Origin: a virus
Lineage: Duplodnaviria; Heunggongvirae; Uroviricota; Caudoviricetes
IMG/VR virus record: IMGVR_UViG_3300046096_000179
Location: 63,124 to 127,123 of that record
Direction: 5' to 3' (one strand)
DNA: 64,000 bases
The notes under the pieces are model-generated. The model ran no database searches, had not been told where the DNA came from, and worked only from the letters and a program-made list of their open reading frames with translations. Shown here in pieces: positions 53,869-63,492 of the stretch (positions within the stretch are counted from its first letter, which is position 1; every line of letters begins with the position of its first letter). The translations under genes and the position numbers were made by a program.

Positions 53869-53973
53869 TGCTTGCAAGAATTTGCGACAAAATCGTCCCC
53901 GTGTTGCGTTTAGCTTTAGGCACAAGGATTGCTAATCGAAACAAATACCGAATCTGGTTGCAATCTAGGTTGT

Positions 53974-54210
53974 CTATATCTTCTTGGGGCATGATTTTAA
54001 GCTCCTAATCGCATCTGCGTGAGTTAGTTCAGGTGAACATTCTTCGGAGAACGCCTCTGTTACTTTTGCAGCTTCTTCCAATGCAAAATTGCGACATTCT
54101 TTGAATGCAGATTCAAGGGGTTCCTTGAACACGGCGATTGCTTTTTCTTGGCTTTCTGTTCCATCATGGAACGCAAGCACCGAATTAAAACTTAGGATCA
54201 GTTCGTTCAT
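53974..54210 (-). CDS. hypothetical protein
   Basis: 78 aa. Confidence 0.45.
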   Translation of the reverse strand: MNELILSFNSVLAFHDGTESQEKAIAVFKEPLESAFKECRNFALEEAAKVTEAFSEECSPELTHADAIRSLKSCPKKI

Positions 54211-54425
54211 TCAGATTCACCTTCTTCTGGAAAGTCATTGCGCTTCCCTGTCCACCCACAGGACTGGCACTTTACAACAGCATCACTGTCCTGAACCTTG
54301 ACGGAGTGGCAGTAGAATTCGTTGGTGTTCATGTCAAACGCAGTTTGCTCGTAAACTAGCAACTCTGTAGAGTCACAGGTTGGGCACTTGTAACGAGCCT
54401 CTGGCGTCTTCTTAGGTTTGCTCAT
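54207..54425 (-). CDS. zinc-ribbon protein
   Basis: CPTCDS...CQSCG. Confidence 0.5.
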   Translation of the reverse strand: MSKPKKTPEARYKCPTCDSTELLVYEQTAFDMNTNEFYCHSVKVQDSDAVVKCQSCGWTGKRNDFPEEGESE

Positions 54426-54511
54426 TTCACAACTTTCTTTGGTTTAGTCATGATCTAGATTTCCTTGGTTTGTTTCGATGGTTCTATTATATCACAACTC
54501 TGGAACTGTAA

Positions 54512-55060
54512 TCAATTAGGTTTCGTGTAGCTGAAAACAACTTTATCATCAACCACACTCAGGTAACCACCATTGTCTTTGTCGTATTGGTATGGCTTTG
54601 TAATCCAAAAATTCAGACAATTTTTATCTTGGACATACCATTCAGCTCGATTCTGACTCTCCAAGTTAAAATCTTCGATGTCAACCAAAGGTTCCGTCAT
54701 CAGAGAAACGCCGGTTGAATAGTAGCCATTGCTGGAGCCATAGAAGCGAACGTCAACCCAACCCTTGATGGTCGCCAGTTTGTAGAACGTCCACTGTTCG
54801 GCATCAAATTCCGATGTGCTATCCTTACTGGATTCTTGTGCAACCAGAATTTCCGAACCAACCAAGTCTTCAAGGTCTCCAACAATGGATTCAATGTGAA
54901 CGTCCTCGCAGCACTCTTGACAATGCATCAGCGTGAATTGAATGCCATCATCACCAACAAAAGTAATAGATGCATCATCGCTGGTTACTGAAGTGAAAGT
55001 CTTGCCCTTCAGGGTTTCAAATGGAACGGATTGTTCGCGGAGTTTGATTTTGATGGTCAT
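54512..55060 (-). CDS. hypothetical protein
   Basis: True start MTIKIKL after the cassette (track reads the cassette as CDTIGHHQQETYIM). Confidence 0.55.
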   Translation of the reverse strand: MTIKIKLREQSVPFETLKGKTFTSVTSDDASITFVGDDGIQFTLMHCQECCEDVHIESIVGDLEDLVGSEILVAQESSKDSTSEFDAEQWTFYKLATIKGWVDVRFYGSSNGYYSTGVSLMTEPLVDIEDFNLESQNRAEWYVQDKNCLNFWITKPYQYDKDNGGYLSVVDDKVVFSYTKPN

Positions 55061-55094
55061 GATGTAAGTTTCCTGTTGATGGTGTCCTATTGTA

Positions 55095-55838
55095 TCACAG
55101 AAGCCCAAGAAGTTCTCGTTCTTCCTTGGTCAGTTTACTCAGTGCAGATTGTTTCTTGGCAATCAGAATCTCTTGTTCCCTGAGTTGCTTAATTGCTTTG
55201 TTGAGTGAACGCCGAACATCTTCCATTGATTCAACAAAATCGACAATCTCGCGGTAAGACATTTCATCAGGAAGCACAACCGGGAATGTCTTAGCCAAAG
55301 CATCAAATTTAAACTCATTGTTGTCGAGCAGAACTCGGCAATTCATGGTCATGTGATCGGCAATCATCGACAACAGATTGTGTTGATAGGTAGAACGGAA
55401 CTCAACAGCTTCTTTTTCTTGTTGTTCTTTGCGGAGTTGTTCGGTAGCGGCTTGCTTCTCTGCCTTTGTGATGCGAGGCTTATTGGTGACTTCTTTTACC
55501 TTGCGACAGAGGTTCCAGTCTGCCTGCATTTTCTCAAACAGGTTCGTAAAATCTTGCATTGCGGTTTCTGTACAGAAACCATCCCTGTCAAGGTGACCGT
55601 GATCGCTCAGCGTATACTCATATTCCCCACCCTTCAATCCTGAGAAAGTCTCCGTAACGGCTTTATTGATAACGGCAATAATTTCGGCGGCAGTCATCAC
55701 TCGCAATGCTGGTTGAAATGCCACGGCATAGAACGCGCCGGGGCGAGGATGCGGATTCTCAAATCCATTGAAAAAGTAATCGGGGTCGATTAGTTGAGTA
55801 TCAGCCAGAAAATGTTTAACTTCGCGCAGGGTGGTCAT
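55095..55838 (-). CDS. hypothetical protein
   Basis: 247 aa; cassette at 55839..55892. Confidence 0.55.
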   Translation of the reverse strand: MTTLREVKHFLADTQLIDPDYFFNGFENPHPRPGAFYAVAFQPALRVMTAAEIIAVINKAVTETFSGLKGGEYEYTLSDHGHLDRDGFCTETAMQDFTNLFEKMQADWNLCRKVKEVTNKPRITKAEKQAATEQLRKEQQEKEAVEFRSTYQHNLLSMIADHMTMNCRVLLDNNEFKFDALAKTFPVVLPDEMSYREIVDFVESMEDVRRSLNKAIKQLREQEILIAKKQSALSKLTKEERELLGLL

Positions 55839-55892
55839 GATGTAGGTTCCTTGGTTTGTTTCGATGGTTCTATTGTATCACAGAAAATCAGT
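55839..55892 (-). promoter_or_regulatory. promoter-leader cassette (minus strand)
   Basis: Reverse complement is ctgattttctgtgatacaatagaaccatcgaaacaaaccaaggaacctacatcATG. Confidence 0.6.
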
Positions 55893-56280
55893 AAGGAGAA
55901 ACACTAACAGTGAAAAGTTTGATGGTTCCGTCTTTGATCATCCGAAGTCCATGATCGTTGAAGTCGTTGAACCGAATAGCATCACCAACCTTGACCTTTC
56001 TGTCTTTCCGTCCATCGCAATAGAACACCCATTCGCCAGTGATTGATACTGGAACTATGTAGCATGTCTTACTAACTCCATCGAAATGCTCTGGGATGCG
56101 GTCACGAATTGTATGGTGGATGATGTCAACTTTCTTATCAGCTAAACCAAGAGCATCCTGAAGTTTCTGAATCACCGGGAAATCAGATTCGTCCATGAAA
56201 TCTTGTGCCCACTGCTTTGATGAAAGTTTGCTCATCCTGCCTGAAACTGCTTTCAGCCCACGTGGAAGAATGAATTTCAT
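55888..56280 (-). CDS. hypothetical protein
   Basis: 130 aa. Confidence 0.5.
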   Translation of the reverse strand: MKFILPRGLKAVSGRMSKLSSKQWAQDFMDESDFPVIQKLQDALGLADKKVDIIHHTIRDRIPEHFDGVSKTCYIVPVSITGEWVFYCDGRKDRKVKVGDAIRFNDFNDHGLRMIKDGTIKLFTVSVSPY

Positions 56281-56492
56281 GATTGGTGACGGAGATGCAA
56301 TGTACGGAAAGGAATCACATCAGAGATTTGATGGGGAACATTTCCGGTTGCTGTTTTGCAGAAACTGTGGACACTTGCCAAATGGCAGAACACCCCAGTC
56401 TCCGATTCAACCCCGACACTGATGATTTTCCAGACAAAACCATCAAACTGAACGATGGTGTTCATGAGGTCGGCTTCTGTGTATTTGGTCAT
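56277..56492 (-). CDS. hypothetical protein
   Basis: Cassette at 56493..56545. Confidence 0.5.
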   Translation of the reverse strand: MTKYTEADLMNTIVQFDGFVWKIISVGVESETGVFCHLASVHSFCKTATGNVPHQISDVIPFRTLHLRHQS

Positions 56493-56545
56493 GATGTAGT
56501 TCCTTGTTTCGATTGTTCTATTGTATCACACAAAATCACCCGTAG

Positions 56546-56758
56546 TCAATTCCAACAAACAAAACATACAGATAACATGACAACCACCCACGCCAACCAA
56601 CGATTCCAATGCTTCTGATAACTGACATGGCTGTAATTGCATGGGTTGTCTCTCCAACGTGGATGGTTCAGAATCCTACGTTTGGTCAGATCGGAAATTT
56701 CGCGGGCAATAACGAAGGCCCGAAGATCAGATGGGATGTAATCTGGGATATACATCAT
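56546..56758 (-). CDS. hypothetical protein with C-terminal TM
   Basis: 70 aa. Confidence 0.4.
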   Translation of the reverse strand: MMYIPDYIPSDLRAFVIAREISDLTKRRILNHPRWRDNPCNYSHVSYQKHWNRWLAWVVVMLSVCFVCWN

Positions 56759-57240
56759 TTAATTTTCTCCACACTAAAAATAATCAGCTTGACGTCACGA
56801 CCATAGTAATCCAGACTATGATTCTTCCTTGGATTAAAGATGATCAGTTCGGATTCATCCATTCGCGTCTGTTTCTTCTTACCATCACCACCGAAGTATG
56901 TCAACTTTGGAGTTTGTGTGAACTTGCTCTTGGAAACCCTATTGACTGCAAAAGGAATCACACAAAAGAAAGTAGGCGCAACCACATCATCACTATGCTC
57001 TTCGACAGAATGATCGTGCCATTGAATCTCAAAGAATCCGCCGGGAATAGCTGCATCGAAGTGCCTTGATTGATTTTGAATCAAATTAAAGCCTTGCTCA
57101 ATAACTGCTTTGCGAATGTTGTTTTCTGTATCATCACCAAGTGAACTGATCGGTAGCATTTGATTCGTAAAGTCACCAACACGAACCGAATGGGAATTCA
57201 GAAATTCCAAAGAATATGAGTCAAAGAGATTTGTTTGCAT
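56755..57240 (-). CDS. hypothetical protein
   Basis: 161 aa. Confidence 0.5.
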   Translation of the reverse strand: MQTNLFDSYSLEFLNSHSVRVGDFTNQMLPISSLGDDTENNIRKAVIEQGFNLIQNQSRHFDAAIPGGFFEIQWHDHSVEEHSDDVVAPTFFCVIPFAVNRVSKSKFTQTPKLTYFGGDGKKKQTRMDESELIIFNPRKNHSLDYYGRDVKLIIFSVEKIK

Positions 57241-57255
57241 GATGTAGAGATTGTA

Positions 57256-57483
57256 TCACGGACTCTTGACTTCAATCAAACAACCAGCAGGAATGACTCG
57301 GTATGGGGCATACTTGGTATTACCCATGAACCAAACAAGGAGCATTCCGTTCTTGGATTCCTTCTGGACAATGCCGGTTATTCCAATGTAGCGCTTCACA
57401 TAATGATGCAGACCACCAGACTTTGACTTGATGGAAACGGGCATGACTGTCTTGCCCTTCCAGATTGTTTCTTGATGTGTCAT
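57256..57483 (-). CDS. hypothetical protein
   Basis: Start MTHQETIW chosen. Confidence 0.45.
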   Translation of the reverse strand: MTHQETIWKGKTVMPVSIKSKSGGLHHYVKRYIGITGIVQKESKNGMLLVWFMGNTKYAPYRVIPAGCLIEVKSP

Positions 57484-57959
57484 TTTGATACGTTCACCAG
57501 AACTCGATTGTGCAAACATTGGATATTGTAGCCACCAGCCAAGATGACTTGAATGGTGACCCAGCGATCATTCACCTTAAAGGTGCCGGTGAACCCATCA
57601 TGACTATAACGAACTTCAGCAGATTCCACAGCGTCGATACCAGCTTTGGCGAGTTTCTTAGCAATCATGATGTTTCGTTTTTCTGCCTTGGACGCAGAAT
57701 TCTTACGGACAATTTCTTCGATGGCTGCGAAAGAACGACCATCGAAAATATGGTACCATGTCTTACCGCCAGAAACAGCAAACAAGGCTGGGTAGTAGCC
57801 ACCAAATGCTCCGCGCTTTTGTAATTCTTTGGCTTCATCCGATGCCTTGAATTCTTTAATTGCCGCAACACGTTCTTTTGCCCACTGAACGCAACGATCA
57901 GCTTCAGCCTTGTCAGACTCAGAGAAGAATGATTCGAGGGATGTGATGAGGTTTTGCAT
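57480..57959 (-). CDS. hypothetical protein
   Basis: 159 aa. Confidence 0.5.
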   Translation of the reverse strand: MQNLITSLESFFSESDKAEADRCVQWAKERVAAIKEFKASDEAKELQKRGAFGGYYPALFAVSGGKTWYHIFDGRSFAAIEEIVRKNSASKAEKRNIMIAKKLAKAGIDAVESAEVRYSHDGFTGTFKVNDRWVTIQVILAGGYNIQCLHNRVLVNVSK

Positions 57960-57967
57960 GGTATGAA

Positions 57968-58357
57968 TTATATCATGCTTTTTCTTTCCGACTCCATCGT
58001 TCTGAGCAAAATTCTTTCCCGATTGATTCTCAGAGCATCTTCTGTTGGTTTGTAATCATGAAACATAAAAGTCTCAATCCCATGATGCAATTCTTCGGCA
58101 GAGATTCGGTTGCATGTATAACCGCGAGCCAGCATTTCCTCACATAGCGCATCATACCTCTGACTGACAAACTTCAGCTTGTCATAGAAGAACAAAACGT
58201 GCCCAGCACCAAGCGTGTATGTGGACGGTTGCTTCTTGTGATGCATCTGATACTGAGCACTTCGAGCCAAGGCAAACACCCTGACAATTTCTCGATACTC
58301 AGCAATCAGATGCTGCCTTGACAATTCTTTAACGGGGACGATGTTGATTCGGGTCAT
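57968..58357 (-). CDS. denV: endonuclease V (pyrimidine-dimer DNA glycosylase)
   Basis: MTRINIVPVKELSRQHLIAEYREIVRVF and LGAGHVLFFYDKLKF match T4 DenV (recalled). Confidence 0.85.
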   Translation of the reverse strand: MTRINIVPVKELSRQHLIAEYREIVRVFALARSAQYQMHHKKQPSTYTLGAGHVLFFYDKLKFVSQRYDALCEEMLARGYTCNRISAEELHHGIETFMFHDYKPTEDALRINRERILLRTMESERKSMI

Positions 58358-58380
58358 GCATGAATTGTATCACACAACCA

Positions 58381-59445
58381 TCAGTAGAATCCAAATTTGT
58401 TCTTGGGGGCAACTTTCATCACTTTCAGATCACTGAACAACTCAGCGATACTGAAGTCCTTACCAGAAGAATCCGGATGATCAACCCCAGCAATATCACA
58501 TACTGCCTTGGACTCTGTATGATCCAATCGCCGGAAGTTCAGGACATCATGGGTTCTCCCCGGACGCAGAATGGCATCGTCAATGGCAGATACCGAGGGT
58601 AGATTGGTCGTGAATATCATCTTCTTGTGTGGCATGGAGATCAGACCATCCCCCAAGTTCAAGAAGCGATGCATCATCGAGTTACCATCAGACCTTGGTG
58701 ACAGAATCGTATCAGCATCCTCCATGATGACAATATCCTCATCCCGAGACCGGAACCACTGCGCAAAGAACTCATCAGACTCCAAGAGCTTGGTATGGTA
58801 TGTCAGAATGGCATTGTTGCATGTATGATGCAGCAGACCACGGACAAAGCTGGTCTTACCTGTCCCCGGAGGCCCAATCAGAATCAGGATGGATGCATCC
58901 GAGGCAATGAATCTGTCATAATATGCTGACAAAGACTCGCCAGCCAGCATAGGGAACATCTGTTCAAATGGCAGGTTCTTTTCTGACACAGGAATATCCA
59001 TGCTCTCCAGATACTGAGCATCATATATCCATCGGATATATGAAGTGCTGCTGTTACCATCACTCAGCAGTGATGTTGCCGCATCCAGCATCTTTTGGGG
59101 TCCCCTCAATTGGATTCGGCTGACCTGACCGTCTTGTCCAATCTGTGCAAACAGTTCATTCCCAACAAATACATCGGTATCATCATGCAGAGTTCGCATG
59201 AATATCTGCCCATTGGGGTCCAGATGCTGTTGCAACAGACCAATAATCTTCTCTGACGTGTCTGCGCTGGTCAGCTTGGTAAAGAGGACATCCTTACCAG
59301 CATCCAACATTCGCAAGGTGAAGTCACTCAGAAGGAACTTGTAGATGTTCTCGGTCTGGAATACGTGCTTGCTCTGGTGGTGTTGCTGCTGCATTTTCGG
59401 AAACTTCTCCAAAGAGTTGGGAATAGATTTTGTAGGATGGATCAA
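58381..59445 (-). CDS. AAA+ ATPase (start uncertain; may begin near 59310)
   Basis: Walker A ILILIGPPGTGKTSF; Walker B DEDIVIMEDAD; the track start overlaps the upstream ORF by about 120 nt. Confidence 0.65.
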   Translation of the reverse strand: MIHPTKSIPNSLEKFPKMQQQHHQSKHVFQTENIYKFLLSDFTLRMLDAGKDVLFTKLTSADTSEKIIGLLQQHLDPNGQIFMRTLHDDTDVFVGNELFAQIGQDGQVSRIQLRGPQKMLDAATSLLSDGNSSTSYIRWIYDAQYLESMDIPVSEKNLPFEQMFPMLAGESLSAYYDRFIASDASILILIGPPGTGKTSFVRGLLHHTCNNAILTYHTKLLESDEFFAQWFRSRDEDIVIMEDADTILSPRSDGNSMMHRFLNLGDGLISMPHKKMIFTTNLPSVSAIDDAILRPGRTHDVLNFRRLDHTESKAVCDIAGVDHPDSSGKDFSIAELFSDLKVMKVAPKNKFGFY

Positions 59446-59761
59446 ATTCAGCCTTGGTTACAAATGGGTGGGTATCAGGACACTTGATGTGCAAGTCGCC
59501 GTCCTGAATGCGTTTCATGCATAACATAACCTCATTGGCGTGCATATCAACGAAATGCTTGATTGAAGCAGTTGCCACGGCCACATCAGAGATCATCTTC
59601 TTGTTCAGGAATCGGAACCAGAACGATTGACTGGCCTTCTGTGAAATCGTAGCCGTTGAAATGGTAGCCATCTGGAATACCCCATATGCGCGTTCCCAGT
59701 TAGAGAAGTGCCATGCACAGTAGTCTTGGATGGATACGAAACTGGATTTTGGTTCGCTCAT
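59324..59761 (-). CDS. hypothetical protein
   Basis: 145 aa. Confidence 0.45.
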   Translation of the reverse strand: MSEPKSSFVSIQDYCAWHFSNWERAYGVFQMATISTATISQKASQSFWFRFLNKKMISDVAVATASIKHFVDMHANEVMLCMKRIQDGDLHIKCPDTHPFVTKAEFDPSYKIYSQLFGEVSENAAATPPEQARIPDREHLQVPSE

Positions 59762-59958
59762 TGTTTGGTGATTCCCATGTTTTGCATCATTGTCATAACT
59801 GAACTATCATCCTTGCGATCAATCTTGTTGTCGGGATGCAGGAGCCACTTGGAACCAAGACGATCAATGGCTTCCTTTCGGCGAGTATCATTTCGAGCCT
59901 GCAGTTCCTTGAGTTCGTTGGTCAGGTCACGGGCTGCGTTAAATTCGGTAGACATCAT
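59758..59958 (-). CDS. hypothetical protein
   Basis: Start MMSTEFNAARDL chosen because the upstream part of the track ORF lies in the structured repeat element. Confidence 0.4.
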   Translation of the reverse strand: MMSTEFNAARDLTNELKELQARNDTRRKEAIDRLGSKWLLHPDNKIDRKDDSSVMTMMQNMGITKQ

Positions 59959-59989
59959 GATAAAGGAATCCTGTTTAAAGGGGTTTAAT

Positions 59990-60085
59990 GACCTCTTAGA
60001 GCCTTCGTAATCGCTTGGGAATACCAAGGTAGCCAAGGCATGCTACAAAGCCTCTAAGAGAGTTTAGATGGCCTACAAAAGATCC
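59990..60085 (+). repeat. structured intergenic element (copy 3) with taccaaggtagcca core and a long inverted repeat ctcttagagcc / ggcctctaagag
   Basis: Motif sharing with 7591..7685 and 37060..37150. Confidence 0.45.
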
Positions 60086-60103
60086 ATCATAAAATGGATT
60101 GTA

Positions 60104-60289
60104 TCACAGAAATGGACTGGGAGTAAACTTCTTCAGGGAATCTTTCCTGATCCAGAAGTAACGCTGCGTCCCCGGTTTCCGAACCCATAGAAACTCAATA
60201 CCATCAATATGCTTGGTATGCATATCATCAGAAGTCTCCCACTTGTCATCCGGATCAATGATGTTGACATAGTTAATCAGCTTAGTCAT
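60104..60289 (-). CDS. hypothetical protein
   Basis: 61 aa. Confidence 0.4.
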   Translation of the reverse strand: MTKLINYVNIIDPDDKWETSDDMHTKHIDGIEFLWVRKPGTQRYFWIRKDSLKKFTPSPFL

Positions 60290-60812
60290 CCGGGAACAAC
60301 TCCTTCAAGGCGGCAATCTGAGTCAGACAGTCATCCAGCGCATTGTGATGATTTCCTACTCGGGGGTAGTTGGTAAAGTCCAGCTTGCATAGCTTGAATA
60401 CCGTTCGGGTATCCGAGATTTGGTAATACTTCCATGGATGCTTCAGATCAAAGGCTTCCAGTGCAGTCTGCAGGTTACCAAAATCAAATACCGTCCCCTG
60501 CGCCCAGTAGGTTGCATGCTTGTTCATTGGGGCCAAGAACATGCTCAGTTGGAGCAAGGCATCTTTCAGATGGATCTGGTCATGCATCAACGCAGCCCTT
60601 GCTTCCTTGGGCTGTGATGCCCACCAATCAAGAGTGTCTTTCCCGACAGTCAATCCAGCTTCTTTTCCGCTGACCGGGGAAACATTTCGATAGAATGTCT
60701 CCATATTGGCGTCGGTGAAGTTGAATTTGACGGCAGCAATCGACGCAATAACAGAGTGCAGGGTATTGTCGTAGGTTTCAATGTCAATCATGACATGGGA
60801 AAATTGACTCAT
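60282..60812 (-). CDS. DEDDh 3'-5' exonuclease (DnaQ-like; DexA/oligoribonuclease-like)
   Basis: Exo I VMIDIETYD; Exo III HNALDDC. Confidence 0.7.
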   Translation of the reverse strand: MSQFSHVMIDIETYDNTLHSVIASIAAVKFNFTDANMETFYRNVSPVSGKEAGLTVGKDTLDWWASQPKEARAALMHDQIHLKDALLQLSMFLAPMNKHATYWAQGTVFDFGNLQTALEAFDLKHPWKYYQISDTRTVFKLCKLDFTNYPRVGNHHNALDDCLTQIAALKELFPDD

Positions 60813-61078
60813 TCTGTCACCACTTTCTTTGGTGGGCGACCGGGTTTACGTCGAACCTTGATTTTTGTGTCCAAGTCCTTGATGGCAACCAGCAGTTCCC
60901 CGGTGGTGGCATCTGCCCATCCTTGCTTCGTTGCCACAGATTCGGTATATGTTGGCTTTGTTCTGAGCAAGGCATCAATCAAAGTCGAATTCTTGACCGG
61001 CTCCTTTTGCTGAACCGGAAGTTCCCCATTGCTTGGTACCGTTGCCTCTGCGACCGGTTGTTTCTTTTTCATTCTCAA
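60809..61078 (-). CDS. hypothetical basic protein (AT-hook-like RRKPGRPPKK)
   Basis: 89 aa. Confidence 0.45.
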   Translation of the reverse strand: MRMKKKQPVAEATVPSNGELPVQQKEPVKNSTLIDALLRTKPTYTESVATKQGWADATTGELLVAIKDLDTKIKVRRKPGRPPKKVVTE

Positions 61079-62186
61079 TTTCCTTGGTTGTCTCTGCCAA
61101 GTGAGCAGAGTTTTCTACGTTAAACATTTTCATTCTGGCAAAGTCCATCCCGACAATAAACTTCCGAAAGTAATTCAGGTCACCAAAACGATTCTTTAGC
61201 TGCTTCAGGATCATCTGATTCATGGCATTCAGGTCATCGGTTCGGATAATTGCCAGCAGGGAATCGCATGTCTTATATGGACCAGTTGAATCTGCAATTG
61301 CCTCAATGTCGTAATCGGAAGCATTCATACCAGCCCGATTTGTCTGAACAGATGACCACAATAGAATATCCATCTCAACCGCCAGTGCCCTTAGTTCCTC
61401 AGCAACGGATGTCTGGTAGGTATAGGTGTTGACTGTGGATGAATTCCTATATCTTGCTGATGCACAGATGCCCAAGTAATCAACAAAAATGACGTCGGGA
61501 ACAAATCCCTTCTTGTTCTTGAGTTCATCCAAGAGAATGCGAATAGTTGCCGCACTGGCAGTTCCTGTTGGATATTCCTTGATGACCAGCTTCCCATGCG
61601 TCTTCTCATTCAGCTTAGAAATCTTGTTCATGAACACCGCCTTGGGGATGTTCTTGATCTCGGATACGTTCTGGTTGAACATATTGGCATCAATTCTCTC
61701 GGCCACCCGCTTCTCGGCCAGTTCCAAGGTCACATACAGAACATTATACCCCTGCTGGAGATAGTCTGCGGCCAAGGAGCATTTAACGGCAGATTTTCCA
61801 ACGCCGCTATTGTGACTTGATATTCCGTTTGTGTAATACCGATGATTTGGATGGTTGACATGAATGTCAACAATTGGTATTTTATTTCCGGTTTTCCTGA
61901 TTACTCCGCTGCAGAATCCAGTTTTACATAAGTAGTCAGTGCGACCAAAAAGATGACGATCATGTGCCTTAACCCACCCATCGCGAGTCTCAAACAGGTG
62001 ATTTGCGTTGCAATTCACTGTAACCCCATCATCGGTCTCCAATACATATTCGTCATACATCCCCTTATGAAAAAAATCAGTAACCGATACCCACCCATCT
62101 GGAGATTCGATTTCAACATCATAGTCCCCCAAAAGGGACTCTATGTCCCCAATTTTAATTGTCATTACAGAAGAAAAATCGATCAT
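60975..62186 (-). CDS. 41: C-terminal split-intein fragment (IntC, 126 aa) fused to the C-terminal extein of the DnaB-family replicative helicase (T4 gp41-like)
   Basis: Intein blocks TVNCNANHLF (B) and VDIHVNHPNHRYYTNGISSHN (F/G) then Ser+1; extein SGVGKSAVKCSLAADYLQQGYNVLYV...IFVDYLGI...LRALAVE matches T4 gp41 (recalled). Confidence 0.8.
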   Translation of the reverse strand: MIDFSSVMTIKIGDIESLLGDYDVEIESPDGWVSVTDFFHKGMYDEYVLETDDGVTVNCNANHLFETRDGWVKAHDRHLFGRTDYLCKTGFCSGVIRKTGNKIPIVDIHVNHPNHRYYTNGISSHNSGVGKSAVKCSLAADYLQQGYNVLYVTLELAEKRVAERIDANMFNQNVSEIKNIPKAVFMNKISKLNEKTHGKLVIKEYPTGTASAATIRILLDELKNKKGFVPDVIFVDYLGICASARYRNSSTVNTYTYQTSVAEELRALAVEMDILLWSSVQTNRAGMNASDYDIEAIADSTGPYKTCDSLLAIIRTDDLNAMNQMILKQLKNRFGDLNYFRKFIVGMDFARMKMFNVENSAHLAETTKEIENEKETTGRRGNGTKQWGTSGSAKGAGQEFDFD

Positions 62187-63492
62187 GTTTAAAGAAATAT
62201 ATAATAAGTTATGCGAACGAGGTAAGAGTCGTCGAGAATTGTGGAGCGTCGGTAGCGGATTTCATCGACACCATGTAATCCCAAGACATGCGGGTGGGGT
62301 GGACTCCGAAGATAACTATACATACCTAACGGTTAGAGAACATATTATAGCACACTTTCTGTTGTGGAAGGTCAACAAAACACCAAACGATTTGCGGTCA
62401 ATGAGGATGTTGGGCGCAAGCCTGACACCAAATCAACGGAGAGAGACTGGGATTTTCTGTCGAGATAACAAAATAGGGATTTTCTCTGATGATTGGAATG
62501 GACTTTCGGAGGCCGGGAAGCGCGGAGGTAGCGCATGTCGAGATAACAAAATAGGGATACATGCACAAACTCCAGAAGAAAGACGAGAACTGGCATCCAT
62601 TGGCGGGAAAATTGGCGGAGCCCGTTGCTACTCTATTGGCGTTGGATTGTTTGGGATGTCTCGGGAAAAATTATTGGCAGCATGTAAATTGGGAGGAGAA
62701 GTTGGTGGTCGGGCAGGGAAGGGTATGGTTTTTTGGACAAACGGGCGCGATCAAACGCGAGCATTTGAATGTCCCGGCGATGGTTGGGTAAATGAGCAAT
62801 TGCCAACGGAGAAGCAACTAATCACCAGAGAAGAAAGAAAGACATCAATAAAATTTAGAATAAAAAATAAAAGAACTGGGGAAATGGGGGAATTTCTTCC
62901 GACCCCAAATTATTCAATCGAAGATTTTATTTTAAACGAACAGGATTGGGAACTTACAAGAAAATATCAGCGAGTAATGAAGCATAATGTTTACTTAAAA
63001 ATTTCCAATGAACTGTTGTCTGAATTCATCAATATGAATTGGAAGATTTTAGCAAACGTCAACAAAACACATCGCGATATAAAAGAGTTTCATTCGGAAA
63101 AGTCAACAGGCATATTCTATAAAAATAAAATAGAAACGAAAATACCTCTGAGGTTAGTTGACATCTTCGTATCGGAGGGCTGGTCTCTATATAAAGACAC
63201 TCTAACTAAAGTCGTATCTTTTGGGAAATATAAGATACAAATAAACCCAGAGCATCTAAGTCACTTCTTAAAGTTAGGGTGGACACAACAACGCTCAACG
63301 ACTCGTTCCCAGAAAACAAACCCAGGATGTATGATGAGATGCAAAACAACACACATACAAATAAAGGTTGAATTTCAAGACGTTGCGCTCATGCAACAAC
63401 ATGGGTTCTTTGTTTCTTCAACAAATGAACATGAGCGAAGGAGAATCAAAAGAATGTTACACAATCTTTCTCTTGATTCTAACATTGACTAA
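62185..63492 (+). CDS. free-standing HNH homing endonuclease with repeated C-terminal modules
   Basis: HNH motif GFHRHHVIPRHAGGVDSEDNYTYLTVREHIIAH; repeats CRDNKIGI...; ATG overlaps the IntC ATG on the opposite strand (CATG); alternative start 62143. Confidence 0.8.
   Translation: MFKEIYNKLCERGKSRRELWSVGSGFHRHHVIPRHAGGVDSEDNYTYLTVREHIIAHFLLWKVNKTPNDLRSMRMLGASLTPNQRRETGIFCRDNKIGIFSDDWNGLSEAGKRGGSACRDNKIGIHAQTPEERRELASIGGKIGGARCYSIGVGLFGMSREKLLAACKLGGEVGGRAGKGMVFWTNGRDQTRAFECPGDGWVNEQLPTEKQLITREERKTSIKFRIKNKRTGEMGEFLPTPNYSIEDFILNEQDWELTRKYQRVMKHNVYLKISNELLSEFINMNWKILANVNKTHRDIKEFHSEKSTGIFYKNKIETKIPLRLVDIFVSEGWSLYKDTLTKVVSFGKYKIQINPEHLSHFLKLGWTQQRSTTRSQKTNPGCMMRCKTTHIQIKVEFQDVALMQQHGFFVSSTNEHERRRIKRMLHNLSLDSNID

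Noticed and set aside
62185-63492. HNH endonuclease interpreted as the intein-internal homing endonuclease domain
   Set aside because: It is encoded on the opposite strand to the helicase/intein reading frame, so it cannot be part of the intein polypeptide. It is a free-standing gene and IntN terminates with a stop codon.
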